NCBI GenBank assembly: GCA_046729535.1 | Contig: JBKPGU010000125.1 | Location: 1 to 38,221, forward strand | Direction of reading: 5' to 3' | Origin: Actinomycetota bacterium | Lineage (GTDB): Bacteria; Actinomycetota; UBA4738 | Length of the DNA: 38,221 nt | In this document: in pieces, positions 7,879 through 16,311 of the stretch | Layout: the number at the start of each line of letters is the position of its first letter | Numbering within the stretch: the stretch's first letter is position 1 | Made by a program: the position numbers and the translations under genes | Notes under the pieces: generated by a model | Told to the model about the DNA's origin: nothing | The model's database searches: none | What the model saw: only the letters and a program-made list of their open reading frames with translations

Positions 7879-8331
7879 TCAGCCGGGGCGGAAGGGCGGC
7901 AGGCCGTCGGACGGGCTCGAGATCTCGGCGTATCCGGCGCCGGTCTGCTCCGCCAGGCGCTGCGAGATCCTGTTCAGCCCCTCCCGGTCCCACGATTCGA
8001 CCGTGTCCAGGATCGCTCCCTCCCCGTCGACCAGGAACGTGGTCGGCACGACCTCGATGCCGTACGCGTTCGACACGTCGTAGGGAGGGGCGTCGACGAC
8101 CGATCGGAACGTCGTCCCGAACTGCGCCTCGAAAGCGGTGAGCTTCTCCCGGGGGTCCTGTCCGATCCCGACGACCCTCCCCGGATATGCTGATTCGAAC
8201 GTCTGAACCTTCGGCGCAGCCATCTCGCACACCGGGCACGTCACCTTGTAGAAGAACATGACCTGGGGGCCGGTTCCGAAGTTGACCCCGGGGATGGCAG
8301 GTGCCTTCGAAGCAACGGTCAGAGCGCTCAT
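7879..8331 (-). CDS. thioredoxin-fold thiol-disulfide oxidoreductase (TlpA/redoxin-like), CPVC active site
   Basis: ATG at 8331. FFYKVTCPVCEMAAPKV (CxxC in thioredoxin context). A later VVPTTFLVDGEG cis-Pro loop region. I recognised no signal peptide. Confidence 0.8.
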   Translation of the reverse strand: MSALTVASKAPAIPGVNFGTGPQVMFFYKVTCPVCEMAAPKVQTFESAYPGRVVGIGQDPREKLTAFEAQFGTTFRSVVDAPPYDVSNAYGIEVVPTTFLVDGEGAILDTVESWDREGLNRISQRLAEQTGAGYAEISSPSDGLPPFRPG

Positions 8332-8438
8332 GGAGTAAGCGTAAAGCAGTTCGTTCGAAATGCGACCGAGCCGAGCCTGCGGTTGTCGGAGAGGGCGGCG
8401 GGTGGAATGCTTCGCCGGGTGAGGAGGCGGGAGGACTG

Positions 8439-8801
8439 ATGGCGTACGGCGCGTTGTTCATCGGCTGGGGAGAGACCCATTCCGGGCGGGAGCGGAAGGC
8501 GGTCGAGCTGTTCATGGAGTCGTTGGCGTACCTTACGAAGCTGGTCGAACAGGGGCGGGTGGCCTCCGTCGAACCCTTTTTCCTGGAGCCGCACGGCGGA
8601 GACCTGGAGGGGTTCTTCCTGGTCCGCGGCGACCTGGACGAGCTCAACCAGGTCCGCTACGAGGACAACTTCCAGCGGATGTCCGTCCGTGCGCAGGCCG
8701 TCGTGTCCAACTTCGGCATCGTGCAGGCGAAGACGGGAGAGCAGCTCAACAAGCACATGGCCTGGTTTACCGAGGCGGCGCGGGAGGTCAGCGCGGACTA
8801 G
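8439..8801 (+). CDS. hypothetical protein (120 aa)
   Basis: ATG at 8439, preceded by GGGAGGA 6 nt upstream. The translation has a balanced, non-shadow composition (MAYGALFIGWGETHSGRERKAVELFMESLAYLTKLVEQGR...). No family recognised. Confidence 0.55.
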   Translation: MAYGALFIGWGETHSGRERKAVELFMESLAYLTKLVEQGRVASVEPFFLEPHGGDLEGFFLVRGDLDELNQVRYEDNFQRMSVRAQAVVSNFGIVQAKTGEQLNKHMAWFTEAAREVSAD

Positions 8802-8829
8802 CGGCTCACGCAGACGTGGGAAGGGGGGC

Positions 8830-10422
8830 TCAGGCGTCCCCGATGCCGTAGATGGCGCCACCTCTGGAGCCGACCCAGATCATTCCGTGCCACGCCGCCG
8901 GAGTGGCCTCGACGCAACCCGACAGCTGGACCACCCAGAGCTGCCGAGGATGACGGGGGTTCGAGATGTCGAAGTTATGGAGGCCGCCGTTGCAGTCCCC
9001 CACCAGGAGCTGGTCGTCGATCGGCACCGGAGACGTCCACGTGGGCCCTGGGAGCTTCCTTCGGGACAGGACACGTCCGGTCTTCTGATTGACGGCGACG
9101 ATCCCCCCCTCGGATTGCGTCACCCACACCACGCCTTTATAGAGGGCGGGTGTTCCGAGGATCCCACCGTCCGGCTCGAACCCACCGATCTGTCGTGACC
9201 AGACGACAGGGTCGTTGGGCTTGCGCGGGTCGAGCTTCATCAGGCTGCCCACCTCGTGCGACCGGGTCTGGGGACGGTTCGGGATGTTGTACGACCGGTG
9301 CCGGGCGACGTACAGGAAGCCTTCCTGGTCGATGACGATGGAGGCGTCGGTCTCGTCGCCGGCCCAGAACCGGAACACCCGCTTGTACTTGGTCCCGCCG
9401 CTCAGGATGTCGCTGATGTCCCACCCCTGTACCAGACCTCCAGAGTTCCCGAAATAGGCCACGCCCTTGTAGAAGGCGACCGAGTTCTCGATGGAGACGC
9501 TCTCATCGCCGATGTCGCGCAGCTCTTGCTGGTCCCAGCCGGGAACCAGCATCACGACCTTCGGGTCCACCTGAACCTTGCCCGCACTGTCGTAGTGACG
9601 GTGCAGCCTGATCACGTAGAACCAGGAGTTCTCGCCGCCTTCCAACAGGTAGTCGCCCAGGACAAGCGGCGCTCCGTCCCAGTCGTCGTTCCACATCTTG
9701 TGGGGAACGCTGGAGATGGCGTTGAGCCGCCACAGGACCGTGGGCTTCTTGCGGTCGACGGCCATGATCCGGAAGTCGTTGTCTCGCGATCCTCCGTAGT
9801 ACAGCGGGAAGCCATCGGGATCCGACGTGGCCGACCCCTTCGTGAGGTCTCCGGTGATCACGTCCTGGCGCATCCGCTTGCCGGTGGTCCCGTCGAGGAA
9901 GTGGTAGTGACCGTCGTACGCCCCGAACCGGATCTCGATCCGGCCGTTCGCGTGCTGGATCACGTTCGGCTGTCCCGTCCAGCCCATGCCGCACCACACC
10001 CTGGTGCCGTCGATGTTGGCCGACGTGCTGCACATCCCACCGTACGCGGGGTAGCGCCACAGGATGGTGGGGTTCTTGGGCAGGGGCCCCTCACCGTAAT
10101 AGGAGCGGGAGGCGTTGCCCCGGAACGTGGTCAGGCCGGGGAACTTCGTATTGATCGGGCCGGCCGTGGGGCTGGCCGCCGGCGATGCCGAACTCCCGGT
10201 GGTCGGGGTCGAACCCTTGGCTGATGGGTTCGGCGCCGTCGATCCCTGCTTCGATCTCGACGTGCCGTCGTTGCCGAGCAAGGAATCCACGACGCCCGAG
10301 CGCCACACCAGAACGCCGACCGAGACGACCAGCAGCAGCGCAACCAGCCGGCGGAACCCATAGTGGGGACCTGACCGATGGCTGGGCGGCCGGCGAGGGG
10401 GCGCTTCGAGCAGCCTGCTCAC
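8830..10422 (-). CDS. membrane-anchored PQQ-like (BamB/YVTN-type) beta-propeller repeat protein
   Basis: N-terminal TM LVALLLVVSVGVLVW, then a Ser/Thr/Pro linker, then repeated W/G-rich propeller blades (..VWCGMGWTGQP.., ..VVWSRQIGG.., ..GVVWVTQSEGGIVAVNQKTGR.., ..GMIWVGSRGGAIYGIG). Start uncertain. GTG at 10422 is the first in-frame start that does not overlap the upstream gene; the ORF-track start at 10671 overlaps it by 119 nt. Confidence 0.75.
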   Translation of the reverse strand: MSRLLEAPPRRPPSHRSGPHYGFRRLVALLLVVSVGVLVWRSGVVDSLLGNDGTSRSKQGSTAPNPSAKGSTPTTGSSASPAASPTAGPINTKFPGLTTFRGNASRSYYGEGPLPKNPTILWRYPAYGGMCSTSANIDGTRVWCGMGWTGQPNVIQHANGRIEIRFGAYDGHYHFLDGTTGKRMRQDVITGDLTKGSATSDPDGFPLYYGGSRDNDFRIMAVDRKKPTVLWRLNAISSVPHKMWNDDWDGAPLVLGDYLLEGGENSWFYVIRLHRHYDSAGKVQVDPKVVMLVPGWDQQELRDIGDESVSIENSVAFYKGVAYFGNSGGLVQGWDISDILSGGTKYKRVFRFWAGDETDASIVIDQEGFLYVARHRSYNIPNRPQTRSHEVGSLMKLDPRKPNDPVVWSRQIGGFEPDGGILGTPALYKGVVWVTQSEGGIVAVNQKTGRVLSRRKLPGPTWTSPVPIDDQLLVGDCNGGLHNFDISNPRHPRQLWVVQLSGCVEATPAAWHGMIWVGSRGGAIYGIGDA

Positions 10423-10552
10423 CGGCGCGGATCCACGGGCGGGGACGGAAGGAGCTTCATCGTATCGGCGGACAATCGTAAGCGACCAGCCTGCAAAAGG
10501 CTCGTGTTTACGGATGTTCGGGCGGACATGAACCGGACGTCCCGCCTGCGGC

Positions 10553-11371
10553 TCAGGCGGGGTGTTCCTGGCGCCACTTCCAGAGGAACTCGCGCAGCGT
10601 GAGTCCCGATCCGTGGACTTGCGCGGCCAGCTCACGTCCGAGGTAGCGGAAGTGCCAGGGCTCGTACCCATAGCACGTGAGCTCGTGCTGGGCGCGGGGG
10701 TAGCTCAGGATGAAGCCGAACCGCCAGGCGTTCGCCGTAACCCACTCCCCGGTCGGCGTTCGAGCCCAGTCCTTGTTCACGTCGCGGGCACCCTTCGTCT
10801 TGAAGTCCAGCGTGGTGCCGAGCTGGTGTTCGGAATGGCCGGGCCTGGCCGTCTTCAGCACCGCTTGGTCGAAGCCCAGCTGCGCCTTCCGCTTGTCGAA
10901 GAGCTCGGCCTGCGTCTGGTAGCTGCGGAACGCGGCCACCAGGCCGATGGGATAGCCCACTTCCTCCGCCGCCTTTCGGAGGGCAGTCAGGTCCCTGATC
11001 ACGACCTTCCTGACCAGGTATCCGTCCTCCAGCCCGGCCCGGCCGGTCGAGACCAGCCCGGGTGGCGTGTACGTCTTGGACAACCCGAAGCTCGTGTCGA
11101 GCAGCGTGTAGCGCCAATCGCGGTACCGCGTCCTCGTGGCTTGGAGCGATCCGTACCGGCACTCGGGCAGCGGTTCGAGCTGCGGGCTGGGGCTCGAGCC
11201 GGCGCTCGGATTGCCGGTCGCCGTCGAGGAAGCGCCGACAGGACCTGGAGGACCCGAAGCCTGGGCCCGATAGGTCACCACAGCGATAACGACGGCCAGG
11301 AGGAACCCCGCGACCAGCGGGAAGGGCACCTTCGTCGGGGCGCGTGACTTTACTCGGGTGGGACCCGGCAT
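10553..11371 (-). CDS. M15B zinc D-alanyl-D-alanine carboxypeptidase (VanY-like), membrane anchored
   Basis: ATG at 11371. N-terminal TM PFPLVAGFLLAVVIAVV. Zinc/catalytic motifs PGHSEHQLGTTLDF (SxHxxGxxxD) and YEPWHFRY (ExxH). Confidence 0.85.
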   Translation of the reverse strand: MPGPTRVKSRAPTKVPFPLVAGFLLAVVIAVVTYRAQASGPPGPVGASSTATGNPSAGSSPSPQLEPLPECRYGSLQATRTRYRDWRYTLLDTSFGLSKTYTPPGLVSTGRAGLEDGYLVRKVVIRDLTALRKAAEEVGYPIGLVAAFRSYQTQAELFDKRKAQLGFDQAVLKTARPGHSEHQLGTTLDFKTKGARDVNKDWARTPTGEWVTANAWRFGFILSYPRAQHELTCYGYEPWHFRYLGRELAAQVHGSGLTLREFLWKWRQEHPA

Positions 11372-11418
11372 CGGGCCTCATCGTACGTGACGTCGTCTCG
11401 ACGGAAGGAGGCGGGCTC

Positions 11419-12636
11419 CTATCGGCCGTTCTTCCCGGGGAGGGCCGAATCGGCCAGCTCGAGCAGCGCCAGGAGCGTCTGGTCGGTCGCCTCGAACTGC
11501 GGGACGTGGCCCACGTTGGGCAGCACGATCAGATCGGCGTCTCGCATGCGCGCGGCCAGCCGCACGCCGAGCTTCGGAGGGACCAGCCGATCGTGCTCGC
11601 CCAGGATGACGACCGTGGGCTGCTTGATGCGACGGAGGGTCGAAAAGAAGGGCTCCGGCCTCTCGGTGAGGAGGTGTCGGAGCGAGGAGAAGAACGCCAT
11701 CCGCGCCACCGGATCCTTGTAGATCCGGATGAACTCGCCGGACGCCGCATGGAGGGCAGCGTCGTTCAGGAACCCGGGATTGGCGAACAGCCTTCGGAGG
11801 ATCAGCTCCGTCCAGCGTTCGCGCAGCGGGAACGGGATGGCCCCGAACTCCGTGGGGATGACCCGTGTGAACCCCATCAGGTACCGCATCCGGACGCCGG
11901 GAACGGCCGGCGCCACCAGACCCAGGGCCGAGACCCTTCCTGGCGACCGCAGCGCCATCTCGACGGCGATCCTTCCCCCCATCGAGTTCCCCACCGCCAT
12001 GGCCTGCTCGACCTCCACCTGGTCAAGCAGGTGCCGGAGGACCTTGGCGTAGAACCGGGGCGAGTAGTCGGTGCGGAGCTTCTCAGACTCCCCGTGGCCG
12101 GGGAGGTCCGGGACGATCACGCGGTAACGCTCGGCCAGTGGCGAGAGGATGGGGAGCCACGAGATCTTGGACGCGCCCAGCCCGTGGATCAGCAGGATGG
12201 CCGGTCCCGAGCCCAGGACGTAGCAGGACAGGTTCACCCCGTCGGCCTGGATGTCCACCTGATCGATGTCGGTCCCCTTCCTCGCTCGCTTGTAGGGCTT
12301 GAACAGGATCTGCAGACGTACGGCCAGGTCGAGGTTCCCGGTGACGGTGACCGTTCGTTCCAGGAAGGCCCTGCTGCCGTCGAGCCGGCCCTCGTCGAAG
12401 GCGAGCCACGTGGCGGGCTCGGCCTCGATGATGGTCTGGGGAGAGGTGCTGGGTCCTTCGCGGACGTAGCAGCCGTGGTCAACTATGGAGACGGCGAAGG
12501 CCTGCGAACCGATCCGAAGCTCCCACTCGGCTACCAGGCCGTTGGCGGATTCTCGACGGAATCGTCGCGGCAACGTACGGACACGCTCCCGGATGACCTC
12601 CCCGGAGGAAGCCCTCTCGGGAGCCTTGCTGCTCAT
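11419..12636 (-). CDS. SCP2 sterol-binding-like domain fused to an alpha/beta hydrolase
   Basis: N-terminal ~100 aa: ...AEWELRIGSQAFAVSIVDHGCYV....ATWLAFDEGRLDGSRAFLERTVTVTGNLDLAVRL (SCP2-like). Hydrolase part: ILLIHGLGAS, nucleophile elbow GNSMGG, C-terminal GHVPQFE. ATG at 12636 preferred over TTG at 12645. Confidence 0.85.
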   Translation of the reverse strand: MSSKAPERASSGEVIRERVRTLPRRFRRESANGLVAEWELRIGSQAFAVSIVDHGCYVREGPSTSPQTIIEAEPATWLAFDEGRLDGSRAFLERTVTVTGNLDLAVRLQILFKPYKRARKGTDIDQVDIQADGVNLSCYVLGSGPAILLIHGLGASKISWLPILSPLAERYRVIVPDLPGHGESEKLRTDYSPRFYAKVLRHLLDQVEVEQAMAVGNSMGGRIAVEMALRSPGRVSALGLVAPAVPGVRMRYLMGFTRVIPTEFGAIPFPLRERWTELILRRLFANPGFLNDAALHAASGEFIRIYKDPVARMAFFSSLRHLLTERPEPFFSTLRRIKQPTVVILGEHDRLVPPKLGVRLAARMRDADLIVLPNVGHVPQFEATDQTLLALLELADSALPGKNGR

Positions 12637-12766
12637 CTCAACCAATGTACCCGAAGGAGCCCGAGCAAATACAGTCCGGTGGGCCTATTGAGGTTGGTTC
12701 TTTCAAGGTCTACCCTTGCCGGGCTCCGGCCTCAAAGGTCCGGACCGGTCGTTCGGGGTGAGCGGC

Positions 12767-13189
12767 ATGCAGCAGAGAAACCTGGTTCTGATCCTGGCGC
12801 GCGATCTCGCCGACAAGCTGGCGTCCGCAGTGTTCGTGGTCGACGATGAGGGAACGCTGGTCTACTTCAACGAGGCGGCTGCCGAGATCCTGGGAAAGAC
12901 GTTCGGAGAGGTCGGGATGATGCGCGAGGAGGAGTGGTCGCAGGCCATCGTGGCCATGGAGTTCGACGGCCGCCCGATCGCCACCGACCAGCTCCCCCTG
13001 GCGGTTGCCCGCCGAGAGCGTCGGCCAACCCACCGGGCACTCAAGATCAAGAACATGGAGGGCGACGAGCTCCCCATCGCTGTCACCGCCCTCCCCCTGT
13101 TCGCCCGGAAGGACGAGTTCGTGGGAGCCGCAGCGGTGTTCTGGGAGCACCACGTCGAGGACGCTCGGCGGGAAGAGGCCCAGCCGTGA
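12767..13189 (+). CDS. stand-alone PAS domain protein
   Basis: ATG at 12767. AVFVVDDEGTLVYFNEAAAEILGKTFGEV...PIAVTALPLF..DEFVGAAAVFWE fits the PAS core. The stop overlaps the next start (GTGA at 13186-13189). Confidence 0.7.
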   Translation: MQQRNLVLILARDLADKLASAVFVVDDEGTLVYFNEAAAEILGKTFGEVGMMREEEWSQAIVAMEFDGRPIATDQLPLAVARRERRPTHRALKIKNMEGDELPIAVTALPLFARKDEFVGAAAVFWEHHVEDARREEAQP

Positions 13190-14031
13190 GGGCCAAGATC
13201 TGGGGTTGCCGGGGCTCGCTGGCCGCGCCCGGTCCTGAGACCGTGCGGTACGGCGGGAACACCTCGTGCGTGGAGATCCGCCTTACGGACGATCGCTTGA
13301 TCATCGTCGACGCGGGAACCGGGGCAAGGAACTTTGGGGTGGCCATGGGCAAGGACCGTCCCGACCGGATGGACATCCTGCTGACCCACTTGCACCTGGA
13401 CCACATCGAGGGCCTGGGGTTCTTCGGGCCGGTGTGGGACCCGAACGTCGAGATCCACCTCTGGGGTCCGCCGTCCCCCCTCCACACGCTGCGCGAACGC
13501 CTCGCGGCGTACTTCTCGCCGCCCCTTTTCCCGGTGCACATCGACGACATCCCCTCGAACCTCGTGTTCCACGACGTCCCCGAGGAGGAGTGGGAGATCG
13601 GTTCGGTCAAGGTCAGGGCCGAGCAGGTCAACCATCCCGGACCGACGGTGGGCTACCGACTGGAGGAGAAGGGGAAGGTGTTCACGTACATCTCCGACCA
13701 CGAGCCGGCGCTGGGCATCGACCTGCAGGCAGTGGCGCCGGAGTGGATCTCCGGATACGGCCTTGCGTACGGGGCGGACGTGATGTTCCACGACGCCCAG
13801 TACACCGAGGACGAGTACACGCCCCGGGTCGGCTGGGGGCATTCCAGCATCGCCCAAACGGTGACGTTCGGCCTGATCACCAAGGTCCGCCAGCTGTACT
13901 TCTTCCACCACGACCCGCTGCACTCCGACGGCCAGCTCGAGTCGATGCTGGCCAGGGCCAAGGACCTGTGGGGCGACGAACACAATGGCCTGGCCCTGTC
14001 GTACGAGGGCATGGAGCTCGAAATCTCCTAG
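13186..14031 (+). CDS. MBL-fold metallo-hydrolase (Lactamase_B_2 type)
   Basis: GTG at 13186. WGCRGSLAAPGPETVRYGGNTSCVEI...IIVDAGTG, followed by the metal motif LLTHLHLDHIEG (HxHxDH) and a later FFHHDP. Confidence 0.85.
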   Translation: MRAKIWGCRGSLAAPGPETVRYGGNTSCVEIRLTDDRLIIVDAGTGARNFGVAMGKDRPDRMDILLTHLHLDHIEGLGFFGPVWDPNVEIHLWGPPSPLHTLRERLAAYFSPPLFPVHIDDIPSNLVFHDVPEEEWEIGSVKVRAEQVNHPGPTVGYRLEEKGKVFTYISDHEPALGIDLQAVAPEWISGYGLAYGADVMFHDAQYTEDEYTPRVGWGHSSIAQTVTFGLITKVRQLYFFHHDPLHSDGQLESMLARAKDLWGDEHNGLALSYEGMELEIS

Positions 14032-14094
14032 CAGCTCCTCTTGAGGCCCGGGTGGCGGCGGCCCCGCGACCCAGTGCCCTAGACTCCCGCTGTC

Positions 14095-14895
14095 GTGCTG
14101 CTCGAGGGAAAGCGTCTGCTGATCACCGGCGTGCTCACGCCCCAGTCGATCGCCTTCGCCGTGGCTCGGATCGCGCAGGAAGAGGGCGCGGAGGTGGTGC
14201 TCACGAGCTTCGGGAAGGGCATGGGGCTGACCGAGAAGAGCGCCCGGCGGCTCCCACAGACTCCGGATGTCCTGGAGCTGGACGCGAACGACGCCTCGCA
14301 CATCGACCGGCTGGCCGGCGAGCTGGGGTCTCGGTGGGGGCGGGTGGACGGCTTCCTGCATGCCATCGCTTTCGCCCCGCAGGATGCGCTGGGGGGCGAG
14401 TTCCTGAATACTCCGTGGGAGAGCGCGGCGGTCGCCTACCGGACCAGTGCCTTCTCGCTGAAGGCGCTGGCCGTGGGGATGATGCCCCTCATGCAGCAGG
14501 AAGGCGGGGCCATCGTCAGCATGGACTTCGACGCGGCCGTCGCCTGGCCCATCTACGACTGGATGGGCGTCAGCAAGGCTGCACTCGAAGCGATCACGCG
14601 CTATCTGGCGCGCTACCTGGGGCCGCACGGAATCCGGGTCAACTGCGTGTCGGCCGGGCCGCTTCGAACGATGGCGGCCAAGAGCATCCCGGGGTTCGAC
14701 ATCCTGGCCAACGCGTGGGGCAAGCGGGCCCCGTTGAACTGGGACGTCCACGACCCGGACCCGGTGGCCCGCACCGTGGCGTTCCTGCTGTCCGACTGGT
14801 CGAAGGGCATCACGGCGGAGATCATCCACGTCGATGGCGGCTACCACGCGATCGGCGCTGAGCTCGAGGAGCCGGAGCCCGGATCGAAGGAGTAG
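14095..14895 (+). CDS. fabI: NADH-dependent enoyl-[acyl-carrier-protein] reductase (FabI/InhA type)
   Basis: GTG at 14095. Collinear with mycobacterial InhA as I recall it: GKRLLITGVLTPQSIAF, VVLTSF, catalytic Tyr/Lys IYDWMGVSKAALE, VSAGPLRTMA, LLSDW....GEIIHVDGG. Confidence 0.95.
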   Translation: MLLEGKRLLITGVLTPQSIAFAVARIAQEEGAEVVLTSFGKGMGLTEKSARRLPQTPDVLELDANDASHIDRLAGELGSRWGRVDGFLHAIAFAPQDALGGEFLNTPWESAAVAYRTSAFSLKALAVGMMPLMQQEGGAIVSMDFDAAVAWPIYDWMGVSKAALEAITRYLARYLGPHGIRVNCVSAGPLRTMAAKSIPGFDILANAWGKRAPLNWDVHDPDPVARTVAFLLSDWSKGITAEIIHVDGGYHAIGAELEEPEPGSKE

Positions 14896-14900
14896 CGGTC

Positions 14901-15482
14901 GTGCGGGTCGAGGACGTCGGTGCACGCGACGGGGACCTGGTGGTCCGTCTGATGCGCGACGAGACCTCCGACTACGAGCTGATGTCGCGATGGCTCTCCG
15001 ACGAGCGAGTGCTGGAGTTCTACGACGGCCGGGACAACCGGCTGTCCGTCGAGGGAGCACGGGAGAAGTACGGTCCGCGCTCCCGCGGTGAAGGCTCGGT
15101 GGCCTCGTGCATCCTGGAGCTGGCCGGTGAGCCGATCGGCTACCTCCAGTTCTATCGGACCGACGACTTCGACGAGTGGATGACGGTGCTGGGGCTCGCG
15201 CCTGAGCCAGCCCGGTACTCCATCGACATCTTCATCGGCGAGCCCGAACTCTGGAACCTGGGCCTTGGAACCCGCGCCCTCCGTTCGGTCCTCGATCACC
15301 TGTTCGGCGACCGGCATGCTTCGGAGGTCGTGATCACGCCGTTCGCATGGAACGAGCGAGCCATCCGCTGCTATGAGAAGTCCGGGTTCCGGAAGGTCCG
15401 CCTCATGCCCGAGGTCGAGCTCCACGAGGGGAAGCTCCAGGACGAATGGCTGATGGTGGCCAAGCCGCCATCACGCCCCTGA
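14901..15482 (+). CDS. GNAT N-acetyltransferase of the AAC(6')-Ib-like (Acetyltransf_8) type
   Basis: GTG at 14901, 5 nt after the fabI stop. LMSRWLSDERVLEFYDG, GEPIGYLQFY, GLGTRALRSVLDHLF and NERAIRCYEKSGF resemble AAC(6')-Ib (..NLRAIRCYEKAGF..). Substrate unknown. Confidence 0.8.
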   Translation: MRVEDVGARDGDLVVRLMRDETSDYELMSRWLSDERVLEFYDGRDNRLSVEGAREKYGPRSRGEGSVASCILELAGEPIGYLQFYRTDDFDEWMTVLGLAPEPARYSIDIFIGEPELWNLGLGTRALRSVLDHLFGDRHASEVVITPFAWNERAIRCYEKSGFRKVRLMPEVELHEGKLQDEWLMVAKPPSRP

Positions 15483-15496
15483 TCCTTCCTGCAGGC

Positions 15497-16204
15497 TCAG
15501 TCCAGGCGCACTTCGACCATGATCAGCTCGCTGTCGTCGTCGGCGCGGACCGTGACCTCGGGCTCGTCTAAGATCTGGGCGGCGTCGCCGGTGGTCAACC
15601 GTTCGCCATCCAGGCCGAGAGCCCCTTCGATCAGGTAGAGGTACAACCCACGACTCATATCTAGCTTGTGGGCGACCTCGGCTCCCTTCGGGAGAGAAGA
15701 GATGTATACGCGGGCGTCTTGGTGCACGAGGACGGCGTCGCCATCGTCGGGCGAGATCACCTCGAGCAGGCGGCCGGTGCGGTCCTCCTTCGTGAACACC
15801 TTTTGCTCGACGGACGGCGGCAGTCCCCGCTCCTTCGGCAGGATCCACATCTGGATGAACCGCATGGGCTCGGTCTGCGATCCGTTCTGCTCCGAGTGCC
15901 AGGAGCCGGACCCGAGCGTCATGCGCTGGACAGATCCTGCCGGCAGCTTCGGGTAGTCGTCGCCCTTCAAGCTGTCGGCGTGCTGGAACGTGCCCTGCAC
16001 GACGTACGTGAGGCCCTCGATGTCCCGATGCGGGTGGAGAGGCCACACCGCGCCCGGGATGAGCCGGTCGTCGTTGAACACCCGGAGCGACCCGAAGCTC
16101 GTGTACTCGGAGTCGAAGTAGTCGTCGAACGAGAGGTGCCACCGGGCGCGGAACCAGCCGCCTTCCTTGTCGTGGATCTCGCTGTCTCGCCTGACTCTGA
16201 TCAT
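15497..16204 (-). CDS. pirin family protein (cupin; quercetinase-like YhhW type)
   Basis: ATG at 16204. GGWFRARWHLSF...FGSLRVFNDD....WPLHPHRDIEGLTYVVQG: pirin N-terminal cupin with an HxH...E metal site. Confidence 0.9.
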   Translation of the reverse strand: MIRVRRDSEIHDKEGGWFRARWHLSFDDYFDSEYTSFGSLRVFNDDRLIPGAVWPLHPHRDIEGLTYVVQGTFQHADSLKGDDYPKLPAGSVQRMTLGSGSWHSEQNGSQTEPMRFIQMWILPKERGLPPSVEQKVFTKEDRTGRLLEVISPDDGDAVLVHQDARVYISSLPKGAEVAHKLDMSRGLYLYLIEGALGLDGERLTTGDAAQILDEPEVTVRADDDSELIMVEVRLD

Positions 16205-16311
16205 CTTTCCGACCTCAGCTCTTGCCGGTGACGGACGTATTCAACCATCGGCTCGCCCCGCTCGGTGCCATCGCCGGTTGCCTCGCTCGCCCGGAGCTGG
16301 TCATGGCCACC

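Noticed and set aside
10423-10671. Upstream extension of the PQQ-propeller ORF to 10671
   Set aside because: It would overlap the M15 peptidase gene by 119 nt and encodes a Ser/Arg/Pro-rich sequence before the TM anchor. GTG at 10422 is preferred, but the start remains uncertain.
11344-12849. A 501-aa plus-strand ORF, with similar shadow ORFs at 13266-14861 (+), 24620-25948 (+), 25828-27072 (+), 27377-28921 (-) and 2768-3913 (-)
   Set aside because: Each is antisense or out of frame to a gene with strong catalytic motifs. All have shadow-ORF composition.
12862-15060. A 732-aa minus-strand ORF, the longest in the track
   Set aside because: It is antisense to three well-supported plus-strand genes (MBL hydrolase, FabI/InhA, GNAT). 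Its translation is Arg/Pro/Gly-rich with no recognisable motif. This is a typical shadow ORF of high-GC DNA.
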